From: a virus
Taxonomy: Duplodnaviria > Caudoviricetes
IMG/VR virus record: IMGVR_UViG_3300020045_009153
Span: 1 to 47,813 of that record
DNA: 47,813 nt
Direction: 5' to 3' (one strand)
The position numbers were made by a program, and so were the translations under genes. Positions 15,813 through 25,365 of the stretch are shown piece after piece. Every line of letters begins with the position of its first letter. Within the stretch, counting starts at the first letter, position 1. The notes beneath the pieces are model-generated. The model did no database searches. It had not been told where the DNA came from and saw only the letters and a program-made list of their open reading frames with translations.

Positions 15813-17150
15813 TCATTTGAATAGGTGTGCTTTGGCGGTACTTAAGAAGTAACTGAGATATTCTAATCTTAGCCCATTGGTGGCAAATTTAAATCCTCGT
15901 CTTGAGAGATACCATCGCAAATAGGCTTTTCGTTGAAACGATTTAACAAGTGACGGGTCACATTCGGGCTGGTTGACTTGGGCAGAATAATTTTGATCGA
16001 ATGCCTCCCATCTTTTATCAACCAACCATCCCTTTTTTTCTGAAATATTACCCCATTCAGTACCTGGGTATGGTGCTGCAATCGAAAAGTTAACAATGTC
16101 GAATGGTTCGCTAAGAGACAGTTCGACAGTTTTCTCCATGCTATTTCTAGTGTCACCATACATTCCGAGCATGAAATAACCCCAAGATTTGATCCCCGCT
16201 TCTTTAGTCCACCTAATTGCTTTACGTGCTTGATCAACTGTAGCCTCCTTTTTGTTCATTTCTAAAACCCGATCATCCCCCGATTCGCAACCATAAGCTA
16301 TCATCCACCAACCAGCAGATTTCATTTCTTTTAATATTTCAGGATTTACGGTATCGACACGAGAATTGCTAACAATGCGACACCTAAAAGGAAGCCCCCT
16401 AAGGCGACTACACAGCTGCAACAACCATTTATGGTTAAGAGTCGTTGTGTCGGCGTGGAAGATGAAGTTTTTGAGCTTATACTTTTCGATCTCTTCAATA
16501 ATACTGTCAACATTCCGATACCTCGCCTTTCTCTCTGTTGCAACTGTTGTTCTACAATAAATGCACCCGAATGAACATCCCCTTGAAGCATAGATAGCCG
16601 TATAGTTTTTGCCTATAAACGGCATTGAATACTTGTGAATCGGAAGAAGATCTTGACGCGCGGGTGGGAGGTTCTCGAACGCAGTACCCTCTGAAGATTC
16701 CCCGGTGATCAATTCACGGAGCTGATATTCTGGCTCTGGGCCAAATTTTACATTCTCAACCGTATGGTCAAGATATCTGAATCTAGAGTCAGATTCCCCG
16801 CGAAGAGCCTTTAGGTGAGGGCTTATGGCGCAAGTCTTAGCACCGACAGACTTGGCAAGATAGGCAACATACATGTCTGAAGTGATCGTGCAGGAAACGG
16901 GGTTAAAGACAACCCAATTTGGTTTAAAATTCTTCATTTCTTCGTAAATCTTCGAGTACGACATTCTCTCGACGATGCAATCTATTATGCGGACATCGTG
17001 GTTGTCGTAAAGACCTGCAAAAAGAGCAAGGCCACCTTGAGGCCACAGCTCGTTCGCTTTAGAGCGTCTGCCGCTTCGGTTGGTGTCTCGATAGTACAAC
17101 CAACCATCGGGCGATGGAGGATTGATGAATAGGATTCTTAATTTTTGCAC
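15813..17150 (-). CDS. B12-binding-domain radical SAM protein (HpnJ/BchE-like)
   Basis: LFINPP...WPQ..LA N-terminal domain; SRGCSFGCIYC; SRVD; GCESG; PYPGT. Confidence 0.92.
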   Translation of the reverse strand: MQKLRILFINPPSPDGWLYYRDTNRSGRRSKANELWPQGGLALFAGLYDNHDVRIIDCIVERMSYSKIYEEMKNFKPNWVVFNPVSCTITSDMYVAYLAKSVGAKTCAISPHLKALRGESDSRFRYLDHTVENVKFGPEPEYQLRELITGESSEGTAFENLPPARQDLLPIHKYSMPFIGKNYTAIYASRGCSFGCIYCRTTVATERKARYRNVDSIIEEIEKYKLKNFIFHADTTTLNHKWLLQLCSRLRGLPFRCRIVSNSRVDTVNPEILKEMKSAGWWMIAYGCESGDDRVLEMNKKEATVDQARKAIRWTKEAGIKSWGYFMLGMYGDTRNSMEKTVELSLSEPFDIVNFSIAAPYPGTEWGNISEKKGWLVDKRWEAFDQNYSAQVNQPECDPSLVKSFQRKAYLRWYLSRRGFKFATNGLRLEYLSYFLSTAKAHLFK

Positions 17151-18041
17151 TTAAAAAAAGTTCCCCGTCAAAACAGCTTTTTTTATAGAGATTGTGTCCT
17201 CGCCGCCTCGCTCGTCGCGGGTTGGTCGGAGGATGATAATCGGAGAGCCTAGAAAGTTGGCCTTGCCTGAAAAGGAAGGCACGTAACCTTTGGTATCTGG
17301 GACGTAGCCTTTTTGGTAAGACCCTGTCCTGACAAGTAGTCTTTCTTTTTGTTTCACGCGCATTTTTTGGTCAAGATACATCGTGGCGGGCATTCCGAGA
17401 TTAAACTTGTGGTCATGCCCTGCTAAGTAGATATCCGCATCCCAAACGTGCGCCATATCCTCAATTTTGTTCAAAGACGAGCCTTCGCGCCGTCCACCGC
17501 CAGACCTTGCCCCTGCCGTGTGATGGGCGTAGATATCAAGGCTTGTTATTTTCCGGCAATCATTCACGCCATACTTAAAAGCCAAGCGCACGATTGAGAC
17601 ACCGCCCAAATATTTGCACTTGAGAGCGTCGCACATTTTCATGGTGCTAGTCTGCCCTGAATCGAATTGATAATAATGATTGCCTTCGATCAGACCTAAA
17701 AGTCTGTCTTTCATAAAATCCAGCTCTTTAATAAACTCCTTCACCCTGTTGTCGGCAACGTCATCCAAAGTCTTTACAGTTGTGTCGTGCAGTTTCGCGC
17801 GAAAGAATAAATCTCTTTCAGAGGTCGAGGCCATGTCGTCGTAGTCACCAAGACCCAAGAAGTAGACACGCCCTGTTTCTTTTTGTAGTTTTTTGCAGTA
17901 GTTTAAATATTCGTGCCAGCGGTCAACGTCACAGTTGTGGGCAAAGCGGTGAACATCAGAGAAAACGGCGAGATAATAGTCTTCATTATATTTTGCTATC
18001 GGGATTTCGTATCGGTGAGTCGTGAAAAGAGAGTCGCTCAA
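17151..18041 (-). CDS. calcineurin-like metallophosphoesterase
   Basis: SDVH, GDYDD, GNH, HH, GHDH motifs in canonical order. Confidence 0.85.
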   Translation of the reverse strand: MSDSLFTTHRYEIPIAKYNEDYYLAVFSDVHRFAHNCDVDRWHEYLNYCKKLQKETGRVYFLGLGDYDDMASTSERDLFFRAKLHDTTVKTLDDVADNRVKEFIKELDFMKDRLLGLIEGNHYYQFDSGQTSTMKMCDALKCKYLGGVSIVRLAFKYGVNDCRKITSLDIYAHHTAGARSGGGRREGSSLNKIEDMAHVWDADIYLAGHDHKFNLGMPATMYLDQKMRVKQKERLLVRTGSYQKGYVPDTKGYVPSFSGKANFLGSPIIILRPTRDERGGEDTISIKKAVLTGNFF

Positions 18042-18048
18042 GTTACCT

Positions 18049-19644
18049 CTAGTGTATTAGCCCAACTTTTCCGCTATGCGTTCTTAGTTTATTTTTTCTA
18101 AGAAGAGTTACCTTAAAAAAACTCTTGGTAGCAAGTAACAAACGTTTGATATCCTCTAATGTTTTGATCTTTTTAAACTCTGCCAAGATAATCTTTGGTT
18201 GGAGGTAAAAACTTCTCCAAAATAGCTTAGAATAGAAAACCAAATCTTTGCGAGTAAGACCTTTTGGAATAAAATTAATCAAAAGGGTGTTCATTTTCTT
18301 CCAAGAAGGATCGAATGTTCCATATTTATTAGCCAGTTCATAAGTCTCTGAGCCGGGGAGAGGAACAAGGTGAGTGTGTTGGACATAGTTAACGTTGAGG
18401 CTTTTTGCAAATTCAATAGTTTCCATGATGGAGTCATGAGTTTCCCCAAGATGGCCAAGAATGAAGTTTGCTTTTGTGGTAATGCCAGCCCTTGTTGCCT
18501 TATCAATAACCTCTCTAATCCTGTCCTTGGTGACGTTTTTTCTCATAGAATCAAGGATTCTCTGACAACCTGACTCGACACCAAACTCAATCGTATGACA
18601 CCCAGCATCCCGCATAAGTTCTATAATTTCAAGATATTGGACAAAATCAACACGACTGCAACAAGACCAAGTAAACGGAGTTCCAGCCTCTATCATGGAG
18701 TGGCAGAAGGTCTCAAGTCTTTTTCTGTTTCCAGTGAACATATCATCATAGAATAAAAGGTCATTAACTCCATAATCCCTGTTAAGCTCTTTTAAGTGTT
18801 GGATGAGGTAGTCCGCGCTCATGATTCGATAGCCTCTCCCGACAACTCCAAGATCGCAAAAAGTACAAAGTCCCGTGCAACCTCTGCTAGTCACCAATCC
18901 TATAGAATGAAAATGTTTTGTTCCGAAAACGCTTAATCTATAGTGGGAGAACAGATTATCTCCTACCAAATCAAAGGCAGGAAAAGGGAACTCATCAAGG
19001 TCTTTGTAAAAAGAACGCCTTTCGTTTATCACTATTTCTTCACCGTTTCTCCATCCCAACGATTTAACTGATCTCCAATCTTTCTCTTTGCGTAGCTGAT
19101 CAAGAAAATCTATGAGAACCACTTCCCCCTCGCCAACGACTCCGAAGTCGAATTGAGGATACTCTTGAAGAGTTTTTACGGGTTCGGCGGTGAAATGGAC
19201 TCCGCCCACAATCGTTATTATGTCATCAAATTTAGTCTTGACTGCCTTTGCAATGTCAGCCGATGCGTCAATCATGATTGTCATGGCAGTAAGGCATAGA
19301 ACTTCTGGTTTATACTCATCAACAATTTTTACTATACTCTCGATTGACAGCCCTTCAGCGTGGGCATCAACCATCTTTACCTGATATCCATACTTCCTAG
19401 CCATAGAAGCTAAATGAAGAATTCCTATCGGAGGACTTGAAGATTTCGTATCCGATAAGTCCATATCTGAGTAAAAAACTGAAAAATCAACAGGCGGGTT
19501 AATGAAAAGAACCCTTGTTTCCTTAAGAGACAAATCGAACCCAAGAGCATCAAGTTTTGTGACCTCATATCCTATTTCTTTTCCAATGGTAAGAGTTCCA
19601 GTACCGCTGCGTTTAATTTCTCTGTCACCAAATAAACTAGACAC
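18049..19644 (-). CDS. B12-binding-domain radical SAM protein (class B methyltransferase-like)
   Basis: FINPP...PPIGILHLAS, GGVH, GEGE, SRGCTGLCTFC, DDMF, GVESG, PLPGS. Confidence 0.93.
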   Translation of the reverse strand: MSSLFGDREIKRSGTGTLTIGKEIGYEVTKLDALGFDLSLKETRVLFINPPVDFSVFYSDMDLSDTKSSSPPIGILHLASMARKYGYQVKMVDAHAEGLSIESIVKIVDEYKPEVLCLTAMTIMIDASADIAKAVKTKFDDIITIVGGVHFTAEPVKTLQEYPQFDFGVVGEGEVVLIDFLDQLRKEKDWRSVKSLGWRNGEEIVINERRSFYKDLDEFPFPAFDLVGDNLFSHYRLSVFGTKHFHSIGLVTSRGCTGLCTFCDLGVVGRGYRIMSADYLIQHLKELNRDYGVNDLLFYDDMFTGNRKRLETFCHSMIEAGTPFTWSCCSRVDFVQYLEIIELMRDAGCHTIEFGVESGCQRILDSMRKNVTKDRIREVIDKATRAGITTKANFILGHLGETHDSIMETIEFAKSLNVNYVQHTHLVPLPGSETYELANKYGTFDPSWKKMNTLLINFIPKGLTRKDLVFYSKLFWRSFYLQPKIILAEFKKIKTLEDIKRLLLATKSFFKVTLLRKNKLRTHSGKVGLIH

Positions 19645-20368
19645 TTTTAACCGCCTTTATCATCAGAGACCAACTTAATTTTTTAAACGGTGTCTTTGAT
19701 ATTAGGTTATCTATTTTTATAATAATCTTTGCCAACCATAACGGAACATGAAAGTCAATAATATCAGGAAACCCTAAAAGAGGATAACCAACAAAACCTA
19801 TGTATCTCTTCTCTATTATTTTAAGGCCAGTGTTTTCGATCATACCAAACAGTTCCTCATCATTAAAAGATTTGTGAAGGTGACTAAATCGATCAGTCTT
19901 TTGGAATAGGTGTCTTATGGTTTCATAAGTGACATTATGGTTCGGGTCCCAACAAGAAAAAACACCGCTTGGTTTCAGCACCCTGAACATCTCCATTAAA
20001 CCCTTAATAGGGTCTTCCAAATGATGCAATAGACTACGGCAAACAACAAAATCAAAATGATTGTCTGGAAAAGGAATATTCTCCGCGCTTGCCTTAATGT
20101 GTTTGTAAGGATTGCGTTCGAGCATTCCGTCTGAAATGTCAATACCTTGAATATCAAAATTAGGATAGAGTTGAGAAACAAACCCCACGCCACACCCAAC
20201 GTCCAAAACTTTATCTGAAGCTCTTCCATCCTTAAACTTAATCCCATTAAGAAGGTCAGTGACAATACGAGCGTGATATAGAAAACCGTTTCCAGAGTAT
20301 CTGATTTGATACCATTTAGAGACGTAATCTTGGATAAGTTTTTCACTTTTAGGTTCCCCTCTACCCAT
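19637..20368 (-). CDS. class I SAM-dependent methyltransferase (Methyltransf_11)
   Basis: VLDVGCGVG, GIDIS..ML, AENIPFPDNHFD, LHH, RVLKPSG. Confidence 0.92.
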   Translation of the reverse strand: MGRGEPKSEKLIQDYVSKWYQIRYSGNGFLYHARIVTDLLNGIKFKDGRASDKVLDVGCGVGFVSQLYPNFDIQGIDISDGMLERNPYKHIKASAENIPFPDNHFDFVVCRSLLHHLEDPIKGLMEMFRVLKPSGVFSCWDPNHNVTYETIRHLFQKTDRFSHLHKSFNDEELFGMIENTGLKIIEKRYIGFVGYPLLGFPDIIDFHVPLWLAKIIIKIDNLISKTPFKKLSWSLMIKAVKSV

Positions 20369-20879
20369 CCCATTTAACCTCTCGACATAGGCGTTCTAAT
20401 TTATCTCTCGAATCTTTTAAGCCGATTCTTCTCTCGAATGTTTTGACTTTATTTCCGCAATCAGGGTGGCTCATTAAAATATCGTGAGGGTGGATAAAGA
20501 AAACTCCGTTCTTCTCGGTTTCTTTTTTTACCCAAGAATAAGGCATCGCCCTGAACCAAAAACCGCCAGAATAGAGTCTTTTTTCGCCTTTCCATCTTGG
20601 TGATCTGAATGGCTTTGTTCCGTCATGTTCACCAGAATATTCGTGATAATAAGTATGATCTCCGATAATGTGACCATCTTCCGCTATTTTATTAAACAAG
20701 TCCTTCTTTGCATCGATAAGCCATCCAAGGCAGTAAAATATGGCCTTAATATCATGCCTTCTTAAGAGGTCTAATAGATAAAGAGTTGGCTCATCCACCT
20801 CAGGATCTGTGCTTTCCCAATAATTGCTATACTTTTTAAAACAGAAAAAAGGCTCCCAATCTACAGTGAACGCAGCCAT
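20361..20879 (-). CDS. polysaccharide deacetylase (compact)
   Basis: FTVDWE, LDLL..HDIKA.F..LGW, GH.I..H.Y.H, FRSP, GGFWFR..PY, HPHD. Confidence 0.8.
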   Translation of the reverse strand: MAAFTVDWEPFFCFKKYSNYWESTDPEVDEPTLYLLDLLRRHDIKAIFYCLGWLIDAKKDLFNKIAEDGHIIGDHTYYHEYSGEHDGTKPFRSPRWKGEKRLYSGGFWFRAMPYSWVKKETEKNGVFFIHPHDILMSHPDCGNKVKTFERRIGLKDSRDKLERLCREVKWDG

Positions 20880-21550
20880 TTTCTTATCCCTCTCGTCCTT
20901 AACGCAAAGCTGTTTCTGAAAATATAATAAAGGGTGATGAAACCGTCCCTGACAACTTTCACATGCGAACTCCCACTAGCCCTGCTCTCTATGTTTATTG
21001 GGAAGAATTCAACTCTATATTTGTCAGACATCATAGAAATTGTAAGAGACGTAGTAAAGCTGAACGTAGCGCAGAGAATAGGAAAGTAACCGATAGCAAT
21101 ATCACGCTTAAAGACACGAAGCCCAGAATTAAGATCGCTAACCCAATAAGTACAGAGTAAACTAGCAGTCCAGTTAAGAAACTTTCTGCCCACGAAACGA
21201 ACGAAGCTTTCATTTTTAACCCTCCTAGCTCCTATTACCATGTCTGCTTTTTCAATCAGCTTGAAAGCTTTGTAAATTTTATGAATTTCTTTGACTGTGT
21301 GCTGTCCGTCTCCGTCAGCTGTTATGATGATATCCCTAGAAGCTTTTCTTATGCCCGTCATTAAAGAGGCCCCATAGCCAAGATTCTTCCCATGCTTCGC
21401 AGCGTTCTTATATGGCTTGGAAGAGCCATCATCAACTATGATAACTTCAGCCCCAAGTGACTTTAATTTTTTCTCCATATCCCTTAAGACTTTGTGATCT
21501 TCGTTTAGGACAGGGATAACAACTGAGGCATCTTCCATAGTGTCAGGCAT
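20861..21550 (-). CDS. glycosyltransferase family 2, DPM1/GtrB-like (polyprenol-phosphate sugar synthase type)
   Basis: SVVIPVLNE, VDDGS, N.GYG, DGDGQH, DMVIGAR, D.NSG.R, R..G.S; start uncertain. Confidence 0.9.
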   Translation of the reverse strand: MPDTMEDASVVIPVLNEDHKVLRDMEKKLKSLGAEVIIVDDGSSKPYKNAAKHGKNLGYGASLMTGIRKASRDIIITADGDGQHTVKEIHKIYKAFKLIEKADMVIGARRVKNESFVRFVGRKFLNWTASLLCTYWVSDLNSGLRVFKRDIAIGYFPILCATFSFTTSLTISMMSDKYRVEFFPINIESRASGSSHVKVVRDGFITLYYIFRNSFALRTRGIRKWLRSL

Positions 21551-21759
21551 ACAACCCCGCAAATTATGATACTAGTGACTGATTGGATGATCACAACTTT
21601 TATATGTCTATCAGCGATGAATTTTCCTATTTTCAATATATCTTCTTTGTCCAAATGAAGGCCATAGCCATAAAGGTCGCTTAATAGAGTTTGCGCCTCC
21701 TCGATCATGGGTCTTATTGTATTCTCGATAAATGCGCCATAAGGCTTAAGGTCTAACAT
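21505..21759 (-). CDS. small protein with C-terminal transmembrane helix
   Basis: GGAGG SD; hydrophobic C-terminus. Confidence 0.55.
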   Translation of the reverse strand: MLDLKPYGAFIENTIRPMIEEAQTLLSDLYGYGLHLDKEDILKIGKFIADRHIKVVIIQSVTSIIICGVVCLTLWKMPQLLSLS

Positions 21760-22067
21760 TCTTCCTCCGCAGCAATAATCTCATGCTCTGAGAAAAATCT
21801 TAACTTTTTACCGTTTATGAAGTGGTAAAATGAATAAGATCCCCATTGTCCGTAGTAAACTTTCTGACCGACCTTGAAATCGTAATGACACTTTGGGCCG
21901 CAAGAAACGACAGAGCCGCTTGCAGATCTTTTTTCCAAAGAGTTGTTGTCTGGTAATTTAATGAGACCTTCAGAAACAATTCTCTCGATTTCTGGGTTAT
22001 CAGCCACAAAATGGTTTGGGTCAGGTTCAACAAGAACAAAATCATTTAACACCCTAACGTTTGTCAT
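21753..22067 (-). CDS. groES: co-chaperonin GroES-like protein
   Basis: VRVLNDFVLVEP...GLIKLPD...GSVVSCGP...KVGQKV...GKKL....EHEIIA. Confidence 0.82.
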   Translation of the reverse strand: MTNVRVLNDFVLVEPDPNHFVADNPEIERIVSEGLIKLPDNNSLEKRSASGSVVSCGPKCHYDFKVGQKVYYGQWGSYSFYHFINGKKLRFFSEHEIIAAEEEC

Positions 22068-22861
22068 CGTATTAAATCTTTATATTTGTAATAAATTTTT
22101 ATGAATAATTTATATAACGTGTGTTTCCAATGTCTTTTTATCCAACGATTTGAGAAGAGTTCATAGTTTGCCAACCTATTCCGAGAGTCACTTCGTCTCT
22201 TCTTAAAAGCTCCAGACTTTGACGGTTGATGCTCCAATGCGGCATCTCTTGAAAACCAAAGCTTATAGCCATATTCTTTAACCCTAAATGCGAGATCAGG
22301 CTCACTCCAGTCACCTACGCCCTTGTAAGCAGTGTCAAAACCACGAAGACGGTTAAAAATGTCAGCCCTAAAAGACATATTGCAAGCTTCGAGAAAATCG
22401 ACCTCTCCTTCGTAGGAGCAGATTTCGTCACAAGCTCCTGTCGTCCAAGCCCCTGATCTGCATATATGTCCAGGCAAATATTGTTTTCCATCACAAAAAA
22501 ATTGATCATACAAAAACTTGAAGAATCCAAAAGAGAATAAGTCCCGGTTCCTTCGAAATTCTTGAGAAATGGTGCTAGGCCCAGAAACTCCTCCAATGCT
22601 TTCGGAGGAATCAAAAGCTTCAACAATGGAATTGAGCCACTTTCCAGAGCAGATTGTGTCGTCATCAATAAACGTGAGAATTTTTCCCGAAGCTTTTCTT
22701 GCCCCGTCATTTCTGAGCTTGGAAAGCTGCCCTTCTTCAGTGACAAGAATTACCTCGTAATCTTTGAATGTTTGATCCCTGATGGACTCAAGGCATCTTT
22801 CAAGAGCGTCAGGACGTTTAAGTGTCGGGATGATAATGCTAACTTTAGGATATTTCGGCAT
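22064..22861 (-). CDS. glycosyltransferase family 2
   Basis: VSIIIPT..R...L..CL.SI..Q, RN.GA..A.G.I..FIDDD, CNMSFR, GFD, E.DL..RV. Confidence 0.92.
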   Translation of the reverse strand: MPKYPKVSIIIPTLKRPDALERCLESIRDQTFKDYEVILVTEEGQLSKLRNDGARKASGKILTFIDDDTICSGKWLNSIVEAFDSSESIGGVSGPSTISQEFRRNRDLFSFGFFKFLYDQFFCDGKQYLPGHICRSGAWTTGACDEICSYEGEVDFLEACNMSFRADIFNRLRGFDTAYKGVGDWSEPDLAFRVKEYGYKLWFSRDAALEHQPSKSGAFKKRRSDSRNRLANYELFSNRWIKRHWKHTLYKLFIKIYYKYKDLIR

Positions 22862-23736
22862 GTTAGTATTCCGTAGGTGATGAGGAATCCGACACAGACA
22901 GGCCAATGCCAGAACCATGCTGGATCTCGGACCGCTCTATATCCTCGAACGCTAACCAAGAGAGGTTCCACCATAGTAAGCGTTGCCAAGATAAACAGGA
23001 AGAGTCTTCCTTTGTCTTTCCACGAGCCAATAATTTTCCATCTTCTGTCGTTACGGTCACTATATAGGTCTCTTGCATATTTGTACCTCTTTTTTAAAAA
23101 CGTTATTAGGTTGTCTGAAGTGCGATGCCAGATATCTGCTACGTTTCTTCTTAAAAAAAGTGCTGGATTTTTATTAATAACATCTACAGCACAATCCATT
23201 GGGTAGTAGTGATCAAGATCAGCATTTTCTATCCATTGTTTACGATTTATAAAAGTACCGTTACATCCAAGGCTAGGAATTTTTCTACCTCTAAACCACA
23301 TTAACTCATCCATAGCATCAGTTTGTTCAAACCAAGGCTTCCTATCATTCTTTCCTAAGTAATAGCAAATAACATCATTACCACCAATTAGAGAGAAATA
23401 TCGGTTCAGTGAGTTGTCTTGGCTAACACAAGCATAAAATCTTCCATAGCAAGCTGATATTGGGTATGTTTTAAACTGTTGATAGACGGAACTAAACGTT
23501 TCTTTAAAAATAAGTGAATTATCTGCACAAAACATGACACAAATATCACCCTTAGCCTTACGAATGCCGATAGCCTTTGCAGACTCTGAATCACCTTCTG
23601 TAATTACTAGAATCTCAATCTGATCTTGCGGAAAGTCTTGATTTTTTATCGACGCTATTAAGTCTTTTAGTTTTTCAGACCCAAGATCTTTCTGTGAAGC
23701 TGGGATTATTGCAGAAAATATTATCTGCTTTTTCAT
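22750..23736 (-). CDS. glycosyltransferase family 2-like with C-terminal membrane segments
   Basis: SAIIP, SIKNQDFP...IEILV, GI..AKGD, ADN, LGCNG. Confidence 0.75.
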   Translation of the reverse strand: MKKQIIFSAIIPASQKDLGSEKLKDLIASIKNQDFPQDQIEILVITEGDSESAKAIGIRKAKGDICVMFCADNSLIFKETFSSVYQQFKTYPISACYGRFYACVSQDNSLNRYFSLIGGNDVICYYLGKNDRKPWFEQTDAMDELMWFRGRKIPSLGCNGTFINRKQWIENADLDHYYPMDCAVDVINKNPALFLRRNVADIWHRTSDNLITFLKKRYKYARDLYSDRNDRRWKIIGSWKDKGRLFLFILATLTMVEPLLVSVRGYRAVRDPAWFWHWPVCVGFLITYGILTCRNILKLALSSRHLNVLTLLKDALSPSGIKHSKITR

Positions 23737-25358
23737 ATTGGTGGTTGAGCTGGTTGGATTGAGTTAACTGCTTTTAACTTTCCGTCAGAGACAGCTTTAG
23801 CAATAATCATGTCGAGCTCTGCCATTTCCTTGTTCCAAGCATCAGGGAAGTGAATAGTTTTTGCAGCTAGGCATTTTTCAAGAAACTTCTTGGCTGACAA
23901 AATGTCCCCGTTCTGTTTTGCTAAAGAGTAAAGATTGTACCAAGGGACATCGTAAAACGGATTTTGCCTCGTTGCCTCATGCCACGTATCCCATGCTTTA
24001 TGTGGCATCCCATGATTCATATAAGACACGCCAAGGTTACCCATTGCAACCTCGGAATCCGGGAAATTAAAACAATTAGACTCATAGTATCTGACCTCAT
24101 TGGCAAACGAAGGCAAGTGTACCCAAACCCTCATTACGTAAATACCAGTTAAAAAAGCCAGTAAAATAGGGTAATCCTTTAAAAAATAAGCAAAAACGAT
24201 CGAAAGACCGAATACGGAAGTATGAATGTACCTTTCGGAAACAAATTGATTGGCAGTTATTATGTTACAAAATATAGCGTAGTAAACAAGACACCAAACC
24301 AACCCAAATTTAATGGGAAATGGGGCTATGACCATAATAGTTACATAAACCATGATTGACAAAAGCCCAAGCCAAAACTGACGATCAGCATACTCTAAAG
24401 GCTCTTCTTGGTGGTAGCCGAAGACATGAAACAAACCAAGTCTTTTCGGGAAAAGAACCAATCTGACGTAGTACCACACTGTTTTGACAATAACGACAAA
24501 CTTTCTCAAATGAACGGTAGTTGATTTCCCCATTTGTTGTTCTTTAAAAGCGTTCACCCTATAAACGACTGTTTTTTTCCCAAGTTTTAACATGAACGCT
24601 AGACCGATAACCGTCGCTATAATAGATGGCCAGACAAACCCCATCATTAAAAGAATGACTCCATTGAAACATCCAGAAAGCAGTGTCATGCACGAGAGAA
24701 CTGAAGAAATGACTATTATCGGAAATAAGATGTAGGGATTTGAAATGTAGAGAACGGCGTTGAACGCAACCAAAGCCCCGAATAAACTTATCAAATAATT
24801 CACACCGCTTATCCATCCCACTGTCTGCACACCGCACGGATGAGTAGCGAAGATTATCATGGAAAATAAGGCTATTTCACTCCCAAGGAGATTCGAAATT
24901 AAATTATACCCAAGCATTAAATTAAACCATTGAAAGATTAGATTTAAGGCGTGGTGTTTCCTTGCGTCCTGAACCCAACCGTACTGAGGGTGATTGTTTT
25001 TGTTTTTCCCTATCTCTAAGAAACTTCTGCCCCAAATTAGCCTCGACCAACGCATTAAATTGTCAGGGAACGGCAAGTGTTTATTCCAAGCCGTATTTTT
25101 TACTTTTACTTTATAAAGTTCTCCCTTGTCGTTTTTGAGGTCAACCTCATAAAAGTCTATCTTTTCTTCTTTCGTAATGTTCCCAAGCGCGTCCTTTTGC
25201 TGAACGAATCTATCAGAGAAACAAGCCAGTCCTTGAGCATCGTCAATGACAAAGCCCCTTAGCTTGAGACAGTAAGACCAAGTAATTAGGTGAAGAATGG
25301 AGATTAGAAAAAGGTGGGATTGAGTTATCTCTACTAGATGATGTATGAACTCAAACAT
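23733..25358 (-). CDS. TMTC/PMT-like GT-C membrane glycosyltransferase with C-terminal TPRs
   Basis: DD after TM1; HP..VQTVGWISG; YY.RL..FP..L; SERY; about 10 hydrophobic segments; TPR pattern NLG..Y...A...NP....WYNL. Confidence 0.75.
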   Translation of the reverse strand: MFEFIHHLVEITQSHLFLISILHLITWSYCLKLRGFVIDDAQGLACFSDRFVQQKDALGNITKEEKIDFYEVDLKNDKGELYKVKVKNTAWNKHLPFPDNLMRWSRLIWGRSFLEIGKNKNNHPQYGWVQDARKHHALNLIFQWFNLMLGYNLISNLLGSEIALFSMIIFATHPCGVQTVGWISGVNYLISLFGALVAFNAVLYISNPYILFPIIVISSVLSCMTLLSGCFNGVILLMMGFVWPSIIATVIGLAFMLKLGKKTVVYRVNAFKEQQMGKSTTVHLRKFVVIVKTVWYYVRLVLFPKRLGLFHVFGYHQEEPLEYADRQFWLGLLSIMVYVTIMVIAPFPIKFGLVWCLVYYAIFCNIITANQFVSERYIHTSVFGLSIVFAYFLKDYPILLAFLTGIYVMRVWVHLPSFANEVRYYESNCFNFPDSEVAMGNLGVSYMNHGMPHKAWDTWHEATRQNPFYDVPWYNLYSLAKQNGDILSAKKFLEKCLAAKTIHFPDAWNKEMAELDMIIAKAVSDGKLKAVNSIQPAQPPI

Positions 25359-25365
25359 AATCCAC

